From positions 930,001 to 962,000 of the forward strand of contig NZ_CP142525.1 of NCBI RefSeq assembly GCF_051097895.1: a DNA stretch of 32,000 bases, in the 5' to 3' direction. The stretch comes from Psychrobacter sp. HD31. Lineage in GTDB: Bacteria; Pseudomonadota; Gammaproteobacteria; Pseudomonadales; Moraxellaceae. This document shows positions 1-8,724 of this stretch, piece by piece. The notes beneath the pieces are model-generated. The model saw nothing but the letters and a program-made list of their open reading frames with translations, was not told where the DNA came from and did no database searches. Each line of letters opens with the position of its first letter. The first letter of the stretch is position 1. Made by a program: the position numbers and the translations under genes.

Positions 1-1
1 A

Positions 2-433
2 AACAGCACCTATCCAAGCTATGATAAAAATGGCAAAATTAATGGTTGGACGGGTCAAGCCAGTATCAATATCAAAAGCACTGACTTAGAAGCAACCAGT
101 GAGCTTATTGCCAACTTGCAAGAAAATTTGGTATTAGGTAATTTAAGTTTTGGGGTTTCTGAAACACGTAAAGACGAAGTTAAAAAACAAATGCTCGTTA
201 AAGCCTCTAAAGCGTTTCAACAACAAGCCAAAACCCTCACTTCTGCTTGGGGAGCAAGCAGCTACAATGTTGTTAATGTACAGCTAAATACTGGCAGCAG
301 CTACTATCAACCCATGAGAGAAAGTGGCATGTATGCGATGAAAGCATCTGCAGATGTGCCTGCTCAAGAGTTTGAATCTGGTAATAGTACAATTACGGTT
401 ACTGCAAATGGTACGATTGAGTTGGTTAAATAA
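2..433 (+). CDS. SIMPL/DUF541 family periplasmic protein (YggE/BP26-like), 5'-truncated at the window edge
   Basis: Frame 2 is open from base 2 (NSTYPSYDKNGKINGWTGQASINIKSTDLEA...) into the listed ORF 116..433, whose TTG start is therefore internal. The C-terminal layout (ASKAFQQQAKTLTSAWGA..., ...GNSTITVTANGTIELVK) resembles SIMPL-domain proteins. Confidence 0.55.
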   Translation, partial: NSTYPSYDKNGKINGWTGQASINIKSTDLEATSELIANLQENLVLGNLSFGVSETRKDEVKKQMLVKASKAFQQQAKTLTSAWGASSYNVVNVQLNTGSSYYQPMRESGMYAMKASADVPAQEFESGNSTITVTANGTIELVK

Positions 434-450
434 CATCACTCTTAATAAAA

Positions 451-753
451 ATGCAAAATACGAATCGAACATCTGCAATTTTTTTGATAGTCATAGGGCT
501 AACTTTGCCATTAATCGGTTTTTTAATAGCCGATTGGTTAGCGGTTAAGCAAATACTAGGGCAACTGCCTGATTGGATATTTTGGACAATTTATTTGTCT
601 GTTTTATTGCCCTGTCTGTTTTTTGGTTTTAAACAGCTTAACTTTGCAATCACCAAAACCCTTTTTTATACGGTACTATTTAGTTTTTGGCAAATCATGT
701 TCACTTTGTTAATAGTATTGCAGTTTCATCAAATGATTGGTGGTTCTTTTTAA
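451..753 (+). CDS. Hypothetical small integral membrane protein (100 aa, about 3 TM helices)
   Basis: The ATG lies 17 nt after the upstream stop. Hydrophobic segments are IFLIVIGLTLPLIGFLIADWL, WIFWTIYLSVLLPCLFFGF and LFYTVLFSFWQIMFTLLIVL. A strong terminator follows. I recognise no family and the SD is weak. Confidence 0.45.
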   Translation: MQNTNRTSAIFLIVIGLTLPLIGFLIADWLAVKQILGQLPDWIFWTIYLSVLLPCLFFGFKQLNFAITKTLFYTVLFSFWQIMFTLLIVLQFHQMIGGSF

Positions 754-794
754 CTAATAAGCCAGTAGCAAATATTAAGTTTATTCAACACATC

Positions 795-828
795 AAAAAA
801 ATCCAGCCTAAGTTAGGCTGGATTTTTT
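795..828. terminator. Bidirectional rho-independent terminator between the small membrane ORF and glnA
   Basis: AAAAAA-ATCCAGCCTA-agt-TAGGCTGGAT-TTTTT. The stem is a perfect 10 bp, flanked by an A-run and a T-run, between convergent genes. Confidence 0.8.
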
Positions 829-854
829 AATATCAAAAGACTAGATGCTAATGA

Positions 855-2264
855 TTAGCAGCTATAGTACATATCAAATTCAACTGGGTGAACTGTTACG
901 TTTAGACGCTGTACTTCTTCTTCTTTAAGCTCAATAAATGCTTCTAACATTTCTTTAGTGAACACATCACCTTGTAATAAGAAGTCATGGTCAGCTTTTA
1001 ATGCATCAAGCGCTTGGCTTAAGTTTTCAGCAACTGTTGGGATTTGTGCTTCTTCTTCTGGTGGTAGGTCGTACAAGTTTTTATCAGAAGCTTCGCCTGG
1101 GTGCATCTTATTTTGGATACCATCAAGACCTGCCATTAACAATGCAGCAAAGCAAAGGTATGGGTTAGCCGTAGGATCAGGGAAACGTGCTTCAACACGT
1201 ACCGCTTTAGGGCTAGAAACGTGTGGAATACGGATAGAAGCAGAACGGTTACAAGCTGAGTAAGCTAGTTTAATTGGTGCTTCATAATGTGGTACCAAAC
1301 GTTTGTAACTGTTAGTAGATGGGTTGGTAATTGCATTTAACGCACGAGCGTGTTTGATAATACCACCAATAAAGTATAAAGCGGTTTCTGATAAACCAGC
1401 ATACTCATCACCAGCAAAAGTATTTTCGCCATCTTTAGAGATAGACATATGAACGTGCATACCAGAACCATTATCACCAACAATTGGCTTAGGCATAAAG
1501 GTAGCTGTTTTACCAAACTGGTGTGCAACATTATGTACAACATATTTTAATTGCTGTACTTCATCTGCTTTACGAACCATGGTATTAAATGATACGCCAA
1601 TTTCTGACTGGCAAGAAGCAACTTCATGGTGATGTACTTCAACACGGTCAGCCCCCATAATGTCTTCAATACGCTCACACATTACAGAACGCATGTCTTG
1701 TGAACTATCAACTGGTGGTACAGGGAAGTAACCGCCCTTAACACGTGGACGGTGAGCCATGTTGCCCCACTCGTATTCTTCATTTGTTGACCAAGCAGCT
1801 TCTTCAGCCGTAATTTTATGCTGAGCGCCGCTCATGTCGATTTGCCATTTCACATCATCAAATACAAAAAACTCTGGCTCAGGACCAAAAAATGCTGTGT
1901 CACCAATGCCTGTTGATTTTAAGTACTCTTCGGCACGGCGAGCGATTGAACGTGGGTCACGCTCGTAACCTTGTAAAGTTGATGGCTCGATAATGTCACA
2001 AGTTACTACAACAGTTGGTGACTCAAAGAATGGGTCAACAAACGCAGTTTCTGGATCTGGACGTAAAATCATGTCAGAAGCTTCAATACCCTTCCAACCA
2101 GAGATTGATGAACCATCAAACATTTTACCGTCTTCTAGTACATCTTCATCAATACTATCAGCTGGATAGCTGATATGTTGTTCTTTACCACGTGTATCTG
2201 TAAAGCGGAAGTCTACCCACTTAGCTTCAGATGATGCGATAAGATCTAATAATTTGTTTGACAT
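855..2264 (-). CDS. glnA: Glutamine synthetase type I
   Basis: 469 aa. GSI motifs are present: [46 protein letters not shown]. The adenylylation loop [10 protein letters not shown] is present. SD AAGGAG lies 8 nt upstream of the ATG. Confidence 0.97.
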   Translation of the reverse strand: MSNKLLDLIASSEAKWVDFRFTDTRGKEQHISYPADSIDEDVLEDGKMFDGSSISGWKGIEASDMILRPDPETAFVDPFFESPTVVVTCDIIEPSTLQGYERDPRSIARRAEEYLKSTGIGDTAFFGPEPEFFVFDDVKWQIDMSGAQHKITAEEAAWSTNEEYEWGNMAHRPRVKGGYFPVPPVDSSQDMRSVMCERIEDIMGADRVEVHHHEVASCQSEIGVSFNTMVRKADEVQQLKYVVHNVAHQFGKTATFMPKPIVGDNGSGMHVHMSISKDGENTFAGDEYAGLSETALYFIGGIIKHARALNAITNPSTNSYKRLVPHYEAPIKLAYSACNRSASIRIPHVSSPKAVRVEARFPDPTANPYLCFAALLMAGLDGIQNKMHPGEASDKNLYDLPPEEEAQIPTVAENLSQALDALKADHDFLLQGDVFTKEMLEAFIELKEEEVQRLNVTVHPVEFDMYYSC

Positions 2265-2436
2265 GGTTTTATCTCCTTAAGTCAACTTGTGTTATCTGTG
2301 ATAATCAGTTTTAAGTAAAATAACAACTTACACACGATATTTTGCTTTACTGAATTAGTATATGTTAACAACAATAAAATTAACAGAAAAATTTAAACGA
2401 CTGTTTTTTCTTACCATTACTTACATATTATTTTAA

Positions 2437-2452
2437 TGCAAAAAGTGTGCCA
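2437..2452 (-). promoter_or_regulatory. Sigma54 (-24/-12) promoter, glnAp2-type
   Basis: The plus strand reads TGCAAAAAGTGTGCCA. Its reverse complement is TGGCAC-ACTTT-TTGCA, an exact match to the TGGCAC-N5-TTGCA consensus. It sits about 175 nt upstream of the glnA ATG in the correct orientation. Confidence 0.75.
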
Positions 2453-2539
2453 ACTTTAAAGAATGTCAGGTTAACTATTGAATTTTATAGTATTTTTTAT
2501 AAAAAATAATGTTTAAATTAAAATCTAATATTATTTAAA

Positions 2540-2585
2540 TGCACCAAAATAAATGGTTTTTATTTTTATGCTCTATATTGGTGCA
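2540..2585. promoter_or_regulatory. Candidate NtrC (enhancer) binding sites upstream of the sigma54 promoter
   Basis: 2569..2585 TGCTCTA-TAT-TGGTGCA matches TGCACCA-N3-TGGTGCA at 12 of 14 half-site positions. 2540..2547 TGCACCAA is a perfect left half-site and forms an inverted repeat with TTGGTGCA at 2578..2585. The sites lie about 90-150 bp upstream of the -24/-12 element. Confidence 0.55.
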
Positions 2586-2716
2586 TATCACTTGTTAGTC
2601 TGGTTATCAATTAATCAGATTACATCATTTTGATAAAAACCCAACTTGCGTTATAAGATATAATAGCGGCTAAAATTTATCCTTTTATCCATCACTCATT
2701 AAGATATTTAACTTAC

Positions 2717-3307
2717 ATGCTACTGTTTATCGACAACTACGATAGTTTTACCTACAACTTGGTACAATATTTTAAACAATTAAAACAAGACGTTAGTGTT
2801 TATAAAAATGACGAAATAGACATAAGCACCATTGAAGCCCTTTCTCCTGATGCCATTGTCATTGGTCCTGGACCTTGTACACCAGCACAAGCAGGCATAT
2901 CTTTAGAAGTCATTAACCATTTTTGTACTAGTTTGCCTATTTTAGGCATATGTTTGGGGCATCAAGCCATTGGGCAAGCTTTTGGTTGTGACATTATTAA
3001 CGCCAAACAAATCATGCATGGACGCGTATCTAACATTTATCATAACAGCTCTGGTGTTTTTAAAAACCTAGCTACCCCATTTAAGGCAACAAGATACCAC
3101 TCATTGGTAATCGATAAGAGTAAACTGGCAGAATGCCTTGAAATGACCGCTTGGACTGAAATAGATGGACGAATAGAAGAAGTAATGGGCATACGCCACC
3201 GTCAGTTTAATGTTGAAGGCGTACAGTTTCATCCAGAGTCAATTTTAAGTGAAGAAGGCTTTCGCCTATTAAATAACTTTTTACACGCGCATGGATTGGC
3301 AAAATAA
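2717..3307 (+). CDS. pabA: Aminodeoxychorismate/anthranilate synthase component II (class I glutamine amidotransferase)
   Basis: 196 aa. N-terminus is [18 protein letters not shown]. Nucleophile motif is GICLGHQA and the His-Glu motif is VQFHPES. No trpD or trpC follows, so pabA and an amphibolic trpG cannot be told apart from sequence. Confidence 0.85.
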   Translation: MLLFIDNYDSFTYNLVQYFKQLKQDVSVYKNDEIDISTIEALSPDAIVIGPGPCTPAQAGISLEVINHFCTSLPILGICLGHQAIGQAFGCDIINAKQIMHGRVSNIYHNSSGVFKNLATPFKATRYHSLVIDKSKLAECLEMTAWTEIDGRIEEVMGIRHRQFNVEGVQFHPESILSEEGFRLLNNFLHAHGLAK

Positions 3308-3355
3308 ATTTCTGTTAAAATAACCGCATAAAATCAAACTGGATATCAATACAAT

Positions 3356-4078
3356 ATGTCAAACAATCTATTTTCTAAACAAATGCAAGATGAACTTAAA
3401 GCATTAAAAAGTCAACTTGGCACTAGTGGTCGTGACGCCAATACACAAAATGCGGATAGCAAACCAACCGAACCCGTTAGCCTACCCACAAAAAAACAGG
3501 TTAAAAAAACCGTTAAACAATTTGATAGTAAACATATTGATGATGATAAAGTGCTGTTTATGCAAGCCATGGCTGGCGTAAAACCACTTGAAGATAAAAA
3601 CCAAATCTCACCAACCAACAAGCCAAAAAAAGATAAACCAGATGCAACCATACTTTCTAAGCGTGCGGCCGCACAAGGGAGCGAAACAGATAACAACATC
3701 TCTGGATTATCTGATATGCAAGCACTACTCAACCCTGTATCTGGCGATGCCTATTTAAGTTATAAAAGCCAAACCTTACAAAACAAAATTTTTAACCAAC
3801 TTAAGCAAGGTAAACTACGTTGGTATGATGCGGTCGATATCCATGGCTGTACCATTGAGCAAGCACGTGAGGCTGTTATTCAACTGTTAACGCAAGCCAA
3901 ACAAAATGGTGAAAGTGTGGTTAAAATTGTACACGGCAAAGGTGAAGATGCCGTTTTAAAAACTTGTGTGAATGGTTGGCTACGTCAAATACCAGAAGTA
4001 TTGGCATTTTGTTCTGCCACTCCAAAAGATGGGGGCAATGGGGCTGTTTTAGTTTTGTTAAAAAGAAACAAAATTTAA
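3356..4078 (+). CDS. smrB: Smr-domain endonuclease, SmrB (YfcN)-like
   Basis: 240 aa. An N-terminal LFMQAMAGVKPL motif parallels E. coli SmrB LFRQLMAGTRKI. The C-terminal Smr domain reads DIHGCTIEQAREAV...VKIVHGKG...LKTCVNGWLRQ...GGNGAVLVLLK. Confidence 0.7.
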   Translation: MSNNLFSKQMQDELKALKSQLGTSGRDANTQNADSKPTEPVSLPTKKQVKKTVKQFDSKHIDDDKVLFMQAMAGVKPLEDKNQISPTNKPKKDKPDATILSKRAAAQGSETDNNISGLSDMQALLNPVSGDAYLSYKSQTLQNKIFNQLKQGKLRWYDAVDIHGCTIEQAREAVIQLLTQAKQNGESVVKIVHGKGEDAVLKTCVNGWLRQIPEVLAFCSATPKDGGNGAVLVLLKRNKI

Positions 4079-4093
4079 TAAAAACTGCTGACT

Positions 4094-4128
4094 GCTGATA
4101 AAGCATTTTTATGACATGCTTTATCAGC
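4094..4128. terminator. Perfect 13-bp stem hairpin between convergent smrB and puuR, probably a bidirectional terminator
   Basis: GCTGATAAAGCAT-ttttatgac-ATGCTTTATCAGC. No U-tract lies immediately 3' of the stem on either strand, so terminator function is uncertain. Confidence 0.45.
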
Positions 4129-4146
4129 AAAAAATTATTGCAAAGC

Positions 4147-4809
4147 TTAATAAGTTGCTGGACTGTGCGCACTAATAATACGCGTAATGCCATCGCTTGG
4201 ATTCATAAATGTATGTGGCAAGCTGGTATCAATGACATAACTGTCACCCGATTTTAAATGATACAAAACCCCATTATAACGCATTACAATTTCACCACTA
4301 ATGACTGTGCCGATTTCTTCACCTTCATGAATGATTCGTTCTTCTGTACTGCTATTTGGTTGGTACTCTTCAATCAAAAAACCTAAGTTTAAACTTGGGC
4401 AATTATTATGCACCATTTTTAAAGAAACACCCCGCCCCACATCTTTTAGCTCAATTAGATCATCAGGCTTAATGACTACTTTTTTAGACTGTTTGCTATT
4501 CCAATCACTACTAAAAAAAGTTTGCAAATCTGACTCAAGCACCTTAAGTATGGCATCTAGAGTGTTAACTGCTGGGCTCACTTTATTACGTTCAATGGCA
4601 CTAATGGCTGTGTTTGTCAGCCCAGCAAGACTGGCTAGCTTACGCTGAGAATAGCCTTTAGCTAGCCGTAACTGATGAATTTTTGATCCAATATCTTCTT
4701 TAACACTAGCTTCTGAAGTGTCAGAATTACTGGTGCTGCGTTCTACGTTAGGTGACTGTTTAATAGTCGTTTCTTTTTTAATTGTGTCCTTGCTTATATC
4801 GCTGGGCAT
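4147..4809 (-). CDS. puuR: PuuR-type transcriptional repressor (XRE HTH plus cupin)
   Basis: 220 aa counted from the ATG at 4809, which has SD AAGGAG 8 nt upstream. It is collinear with E. coli PuuR as I recall it: GYSQRKLASLAGLTNTAISAIERNKVSPA, VSLKMVHN, YQPNSSTEERIIHEGEEIGTVISGEIV, RIISAHSPATY. It carries an extra Ser/Thr/Lys-rich N-terminus of about 30 aa. Confidence 0.85.
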   Translation of the reverse strand: MPSDISKDTIKKETTIKQSPNVERSTSNSDTSEASVKEDIGSKIHQLRLAKGYSQRKLASLAGLTNTAISAIERNKVSPAVNTLDAILKVLESDLQTFFSSDWNSKQSKKVVIKPDDLIELKDVGRGVSLKMVHNNCPSLNLGFLIEEYQPNSSTEERIIHEGEEIGTVISGEIVMRYNGVLYHLKSGDSYVIDTSLPHTFMNPSDGITRIISAHSPATY

Positions 4810-5530
4810 GGTTGATAAACTCCTTAACCAAATACAAAGATAGCTCATCTTGGCTAAAGTTAAATTCTGGGTGCCATTGCACACCAACCAAATATGGGTG
4901 GTCGGTTAACTCAATTGCTTCAACCAAACCATCAGGGGCTTTTGCCATAACAGCGACACCCTCACCCACCTTATTGATACACTGTTTGTGCAATGAATTA
5001 ACCTTAAATTTTGCTTTACCAAAACCAGCTAAAAGACTGTTTTCGTCGATAATAATATCATGTGCTGGTTGGTATTGCTCATTTATTGGCAAACTACTGT
5101 CAGGTAGATGTGGCTCAGTGTAACAGCCAACTTCTCTATAGTCTGGATGCAAACTCCCACCAAAGGCAACGTTCATCTCTTGTAAACCTCTACAAATGGC
5201 AAGAACAGGCATTTTTTGTTTTTTAGCAAAATCCAGCAATTTAAAGCTTAGCCCATCTCGTGCTAAATCTGTATAGTCTTCTTCATGGTTAGCCCCATAT
5301 CGCTCTGGCGCAACATTACTATAACTGCCGGTTAGCAGTAAACCATCTAATACTTTTACAATGCTAGCAAAGTTATCAGGTTCTGATACAACTGACGGAA
5401 GCAACACAGGTGTGCCGCCATTATCATTAACATAATTGATGTATTTTGCGTGCACACTTTGTGCTGGTTGGTTTTCTACCATTTTATGGCAACACATAAC
5501 ACCAATTAACGGTTTGATGATCTCTGTCAT
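4778..5530 (-). CDS. puuD: Gamma-glutamyl-gamma-aminobutyrate hydrolase (peptidase C26, PuuD-type)
   Basis: 250 aa. Class I GATase-like hydrolase with Cys nucleophile motif LAICRGLQEMNVAFGG and His motif GVQWHPE. SD AAGGA. It is adjacent to puuR and divergent from puuA. Confidence 0.85.
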   Translation of the reverse strand: MTEIIKPLIGVMCCHKMVENQPAQSVHAKYINYVNDNGGTPVLLPSVVSEPDNFASIVKVLDGLLLTGSYSNVAPERYGANHEEDYTDLARDGLSFKLLDFAKKQKMPVLAICRGLQEMNVAFGGSLHPDYREVGCYTEPHLPDSSLPINEQYQPAHDIIIDENSLLAGFGKAKFKVNSLHKQCINKVGEGVAVMAKAPDGLVEAIELTDHPYLVGVQWHPEFNFSQDELSLYLVKEFINHAQRYKQGHN

Positions 5531-5584
5531 TTTGATTTTCCTTAATCTTTATTGAAGTTTCATAACGGATTTGATTCACAATTG

Positions 5585-5612
5585 ATTAAACTTAAAACAA
5601 TCAGTTTGCCAA
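5585..5612 (-). promoter_or_regulatory. Possible sigma70 promoter for puuD-puuR
   Basis: The minus strand reads TTGGCA-16 nt-TTTAAT, about 55 nt upstream of the puuD ATG. This is pattern match only, in very AT-rich DNA. Confidence 0.3.
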
Positions 5613-5626
5613 AATAAAACCTACTG

Positions 5627-5664
5627 CTTAATGATATTGAATATAGCATAGCAATATCATTAAG
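5627..5664. repeat. Perfect 13-bp inverted repeat with a 12-bp spacer, a candidate operator in the puuD/puuA divergent region
   Basis: CTTAATGATATTG-aatatagcatag-CAATATCATTAAG, verified base by base. Confidence 0.6.
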
Positions 5665-5714
5665 TAAAAAAAATAACTCTAATTTTTTATATTTAACCAA
5701 TAATGTTTTTTTTA

Positions 5715-5733
5715 GTTTACAAAAACTGTAAAC
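5715..5733. repeat. 7-bp inverted repeat, a candidate operator next to the putative puuA -35 element
   Basis: GTTTACA-aaaac-TGTAAAC, ending 11 bp upstream of the TTGACA at 5744. Confidence 0.45.
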
Positions 5734-5743
5734 AATTAAATAT

Positions 5744-5772
5744 TTGACATATTTATTTTTCAATAATATATT
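5744..5772 (+). promoter_or_regulatory. Possible sigma70 promoter for puuA-puuB
   Basis: TTGACA-17 nt-TATATT. This would give a leader of about 200 nt before the puuA ATG at 5977. Confidence 0.4.
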
Positions 5773-5976
5773 AGTTACTTAAATAGTTGTATACCTTACT
5801 TTTTAAACGTAAAGGTATCTTTCTAGATTAATTAAACAACACAGATGTAAAAGCGAGTTAACATTCATAATAAGCCTGTCAATTTTATCTATCATATTTA
5901 AAAAGTATGAATATGATTTGCTGAAGTAAAGGAAGCAACGTTGGCAGCACTCATAACACTCAGGAGGAGTCACTTT

Positions 5977-7320
5977 ATGAGCGAGTCTAAAAATCAACCT
6001 TCAACAGATAAAAAAACAAAATTTGTGTATATTGCCTCAGGTGATATCAATGGCGTTATGCGTGGTAAACGAATCCCCTATGCACAGCTTAAAAAAGCCG
6101 AAAATGACGGCATTCGATTACCTTTATCTATTTTAGGCGTTGATATTTGGGGAGCAGATGTTATTGAGTCTTCTCAATCAAATGGTGATATTGATGCTAT
6201 GGCAATGCCAACAGGACGCGGCGTGCTACCGCTTATCAACACCAGTCAACCTTCTGCCATGCTACCAGTTTGGCTTTATAATGAAGACGGAACCCCTTTT
6301 TATGGCGATGCCCGTCATGTTCTTGCTAACATTACTAACAAATTTAAAGAGCTTGGTTTAACGCCGGTTATGGCAACCGAGCTTGAGTTTTATTTGACCG
6401 ATTATAAAGAAGGCAAATCACCCAAACCACCAATCAACCCAAAAACAGGGCTACGATTAAACAAAACTTCTATTTTAAGTATTAATGATTTATTGCAGTT
6501 TGATGAGTTTTTAGATGATGTCTATGCTCACTGCAAAAAATTAGACATCCCTGTTGATGCGGCACTGGCAGAAAATGGTTGTGGGCAATTTGAAATTAAC
6601 TTATTGCACGTTGATGACCCATTAAAAGCTGCTGACGATGCGATTATCTTCAAACAAGTACTTAAATCAGTCGCTGCTAAATATGGCTTTACCGCCACCT
6701 TTATGGCAAAACCATTTGGCAAGCAATCTGGCAACGGTTTCCATGTGCATTGTAGTTTGCTAGATAAAGACGGCAACAACATTTTTGATGATGGTACCGA
6801 AAAAGGCTCAGAAAAACTACAACAAGCTGTCGCTGGTTTAATGGATGTTATGGCAGATTGCACGCTAATTTTTGCACCGCATTTCAATTCATATCGTCGT
6901 TATACACCAGGTACACTTGCCCCTAATAATATCTCTTGGGGATATGAAAACCGCACAGCAGCTATCCGCATTCCTGGCGGTGACTTTAAAGCACGCCGTA
7001 TCGAACACCGTGTATCAGGCGCAGACGCCAACCCTTATTTAGTTTGTAGCGCTGTATTAGCTGGTATGTTGCATGGCTTACAAAACAAGCTCACACCACC
7101 AGAACCAATTAACGAGCTAACTTATGATGAAGATAATATTGAATACTTGCCATTAGATTGGTTATCAGCAATTAAAGAATTTGAAGAAAGCGAAGTCGTT
7201 AGCGACTTGTTCCCTGAAGAAATGGTTGAACTGTTAATTAGTGTTAAAAAACAAGAAGCAAAACGTTTCGCTACCCAAGTTACTGATTTAGAATATTCAA
7301 CTTATTTACAAGACGTGTAA
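5977..7320 (+). CDS. puuA: Glutamine synthetase-like gamma-glutamyl-polyamine (putrescine) synthetase, PuuA/PauA-type
   Basis: 447 aa counted from the ATG at 5977, which has SD AGGAGG 7 nt upstream. The listed TTG at 5941 is rejected. GS catalytic-domain motifs are ELEFYL, GCGQFEINL, ATFMAKP, GNGFHVHCSL, NSYRRY, ENRTAAIRIP and GADANPYL. There is no adenylylation loop. Confidence 0.85.
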   Translation: MSESKNQPSTDKKTKFVYIASGDINGVMRGKRIPYAQLKKAENDGIRLPLSILGVDIWGADVIESSQSNGDIDAMAMPTGRGVLPLINTSQPSAMLPVWLYNEDGTPFYGDARHVLANITNKFKELGLTPVMATELEFYLTDYKEGKSPKPPINPKTGLRLNKTSILSINDLLQFDEFLDDVYAHCKKLDIPVDAALAENGCGQFEINLLHVDDPLKAADDAIIFKQVLKSVAAKYGFTATFMAKPFGKQSGNGFHVHCSLLDKDGNNIFDDGTEKGSEKLQQAVAGLMDVMADCTLIFAPHFNSYRRYTPGTLAPNNISWGYENRTAAIRIPGGDFKARRIEHRVSGADANPYLVCSAVLAGMLHGLQNKLTPPEPINELTYDEDNIEYLPLDWLSAIKEFEESEVVSDLFPEEMVELLISVKKQEAKRFATQVTDLEYSTYLQDV

Positions 7321-7332
7321 GGAGTAGTATCA

Positions 7333-8649
7333 ATGAGCAATAACAAACGTAATATACCGCACTATTCAGAACAAGGTCAATATCCTGATAGTTATTATGC
7401 GGCTAGTACGAACCCAAAACCAGAGCGTCCTGCGTTACAAGAAGACATCCAAGCAGAAATTTGTATTGTGGGTTGTGGCTTTAGTGGCTTATCAACAGGG
7501 ATACATTTAACTGAGGCTGGGCACAATGTTATCATGCTAGAAGGCGCTCAAATTGGTTGGGGTGCTTCTGGAAGAAACGGTGGTCAAATCGTTAATGGAT
7601 TAAACGCCAGCTTACAAAAAATTGAGCGTGCTTACGGGCGTGATACTGCCGACTATGTTGGTGGCGTGGTAATGCGCGGTGGTGATATTATCCGTCGCTT
7701 TGTAGCCGATTATGATATCAACTGCGATTTAAAAAAATTAAACTTTTTTGCTGCTCTTACCAACAAACACATGGAAGAGTTAAAAGAAACTCATGAACTG
7801 TGGAAACGTCACGGCATTGAAACCCGTGAACTCATTGGTAAAGACGAAGTTAAACAGTACATTAATACCGATGCTTATGTTGGTGGCATGCTTGACTATT
7901 CTGGTGGACACATTCATCCACTTAACCTTGCCCTTGGTGAAGCAGATGCGGTTGAAAAAAATGGCGGTAAAATTTACGAGAACACATTGGTAGTAGATAT
8001 CGAATACCATGATGACCATGTTTTAGTGATTACCGAATTTGGCAGCGTTAAATGCGACAAAGCCGTGATTTGCGGCAACGCCTACTTAAACAAAGTTATT
8101 CCAAAACTCACTGACCGTGTAATGCCGGTTTCTACTCAAATCATTGCAACCGAACCTTTAGGTGACTTAGCTGATGAACTGATTCCAAGTGACTTGTGCG
8201 TAGAAGACATTCGATACATTTTAGATTACTATCGTCTATCTGCTGATAAGCGTATGTTGTTTGGAGGTGGCACCGTTTATGGTGGCACTGACCCTGCCGA
8301 CATTGAAGGCAAAATACGCCCAAACATGGAAAAAATATTTCCCGTTTTAAAAGATGTGAAAACAGAATTCGCATGGAGTGGTAACTTTGCGTTATCTTTC
8401 TCTCGCGTACCACAAATGGGCAAATTACATGAGCGTGTTTTCTTTGCACATGGCTACAGTGGTCACGGCGTTACTGGCACGCATTTGTTTGGTCAAATCT
8501 TAGCAAATGCCATTAATGGTGATACTTCTGAGTTTGACAGATTTGCACAAATTCCTTGGATTCCATTCCCTGGTGGCCGTGCACTTCGTGTTCCATATTC
8601 TGTCGTTGGCTCTTGGTGGTATGGCTTTAAAGATAAATTTGGTATCTAA
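7333..8649 (+). CDS. puuB: FAD-dependent gamma-glutamylputrescine oxidase (PuuB-type, DAO family)
   Basis: 438 aa. Dinucleotide fold ICIVGCGFSGLSTGIHLTEAGHNVIMLE. It starts 12 nt after the puuA stop, with AAGGAG in the gap, which suggests an operon. Confidence 0.8.
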   Translation: MSNNKRNIPHYSEQGQYPDSYYAASTNPKPERPALQEDIQAEICIVGCGFSGLSTGIHLTEAGHNVIMLEGAQIGWGASGRNGGQIVNGLNASLQKIERAYGRDTADYVGGVVMRGGDIIRRFVADYDINCDLKKLNFFAALTNKHMEELKETHELWKRHGIETRELIGKDEVKQYINTDAYVGGMLDYSGGHIHPLNLALGEADAVEKNGGKIYENTLVVDIEYHDDHVLVITEFGSVKCDKAVICGNAYLNKVIPKLTDRVMPVSTQIIATEPLGDLADELIPSDLCVEDIRYILDYYRLSADKRMLFGGGTVYGGTDPADIEGKIRPNMEKIFPVLKDVKTEFAWSGNFALSFSRVPQMGKLHERVFFAHGYSGHGVTGTHLFGQILANAINGDTSEFDRFAQIPWIPFPGGRALRVPYSVVGSWWYGFKDKFGI

Positions 8650-8689
8650 TAGCCCTACTATTAATATTTATTAAAAATATAATTAAGCT

Positions 8690-8724
8690 AAGGTTATCTG
8701 ATTGATAACCTTGGTAATTTTCTT
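8690..8724 (+). terminator. Probable terminator after puuB
   Basis: AAGGTTATC-tgatt-GATAACCTT, a 9-bp perfect stem, followed by GGTAATTTTCTT. Confidence 0.55.

Noticed and set aside
958-1543. ORFs of 101 aa (+) and 68 aa (-) inside glnA.
   Set aside because: They are antisense or alternate-frame ORFs within a strongly conserved gene. Their composition is low-complexity and no translation signals are present.
4810-4887. Upstream extension of the puuR ORF (listed start at 4887, MVCNGTQNL...).
   Set aside because: It would overlap puuD by 110 nt and has no SD. The ATG at 4809 has a consensus AAGGAG at the ideal distance, and the extension has no counterpart in PuuR.
5941-5976. TTG start for puuA listed at 5941. 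The listed starts at 8902 (NhaC-family), 22474 (DUF1232), 23098 (rnhA-dnaQ) and 25570 (second ThrE gene) are the same kind of case.
   Set aside because: In each case a downstream ATG with a good SD (5977, 8971, 22504, 23200, 25684) gives an N-terminus that fits the family. The upstream stretches are AT-rich intergenic-like sequence or overlap the preceding gene.
5560-5997. Two minus-strand ORFs of about 65 aa (5560..5763 and 5803..5997) in the puuD/puuA intergenic region.
   Set aside because: The DNA is extremely AT-rich, and the peptides are low-complexity (K, L, F, I, Y and N-rich). They have no SD. The region is better explained as regulatory.
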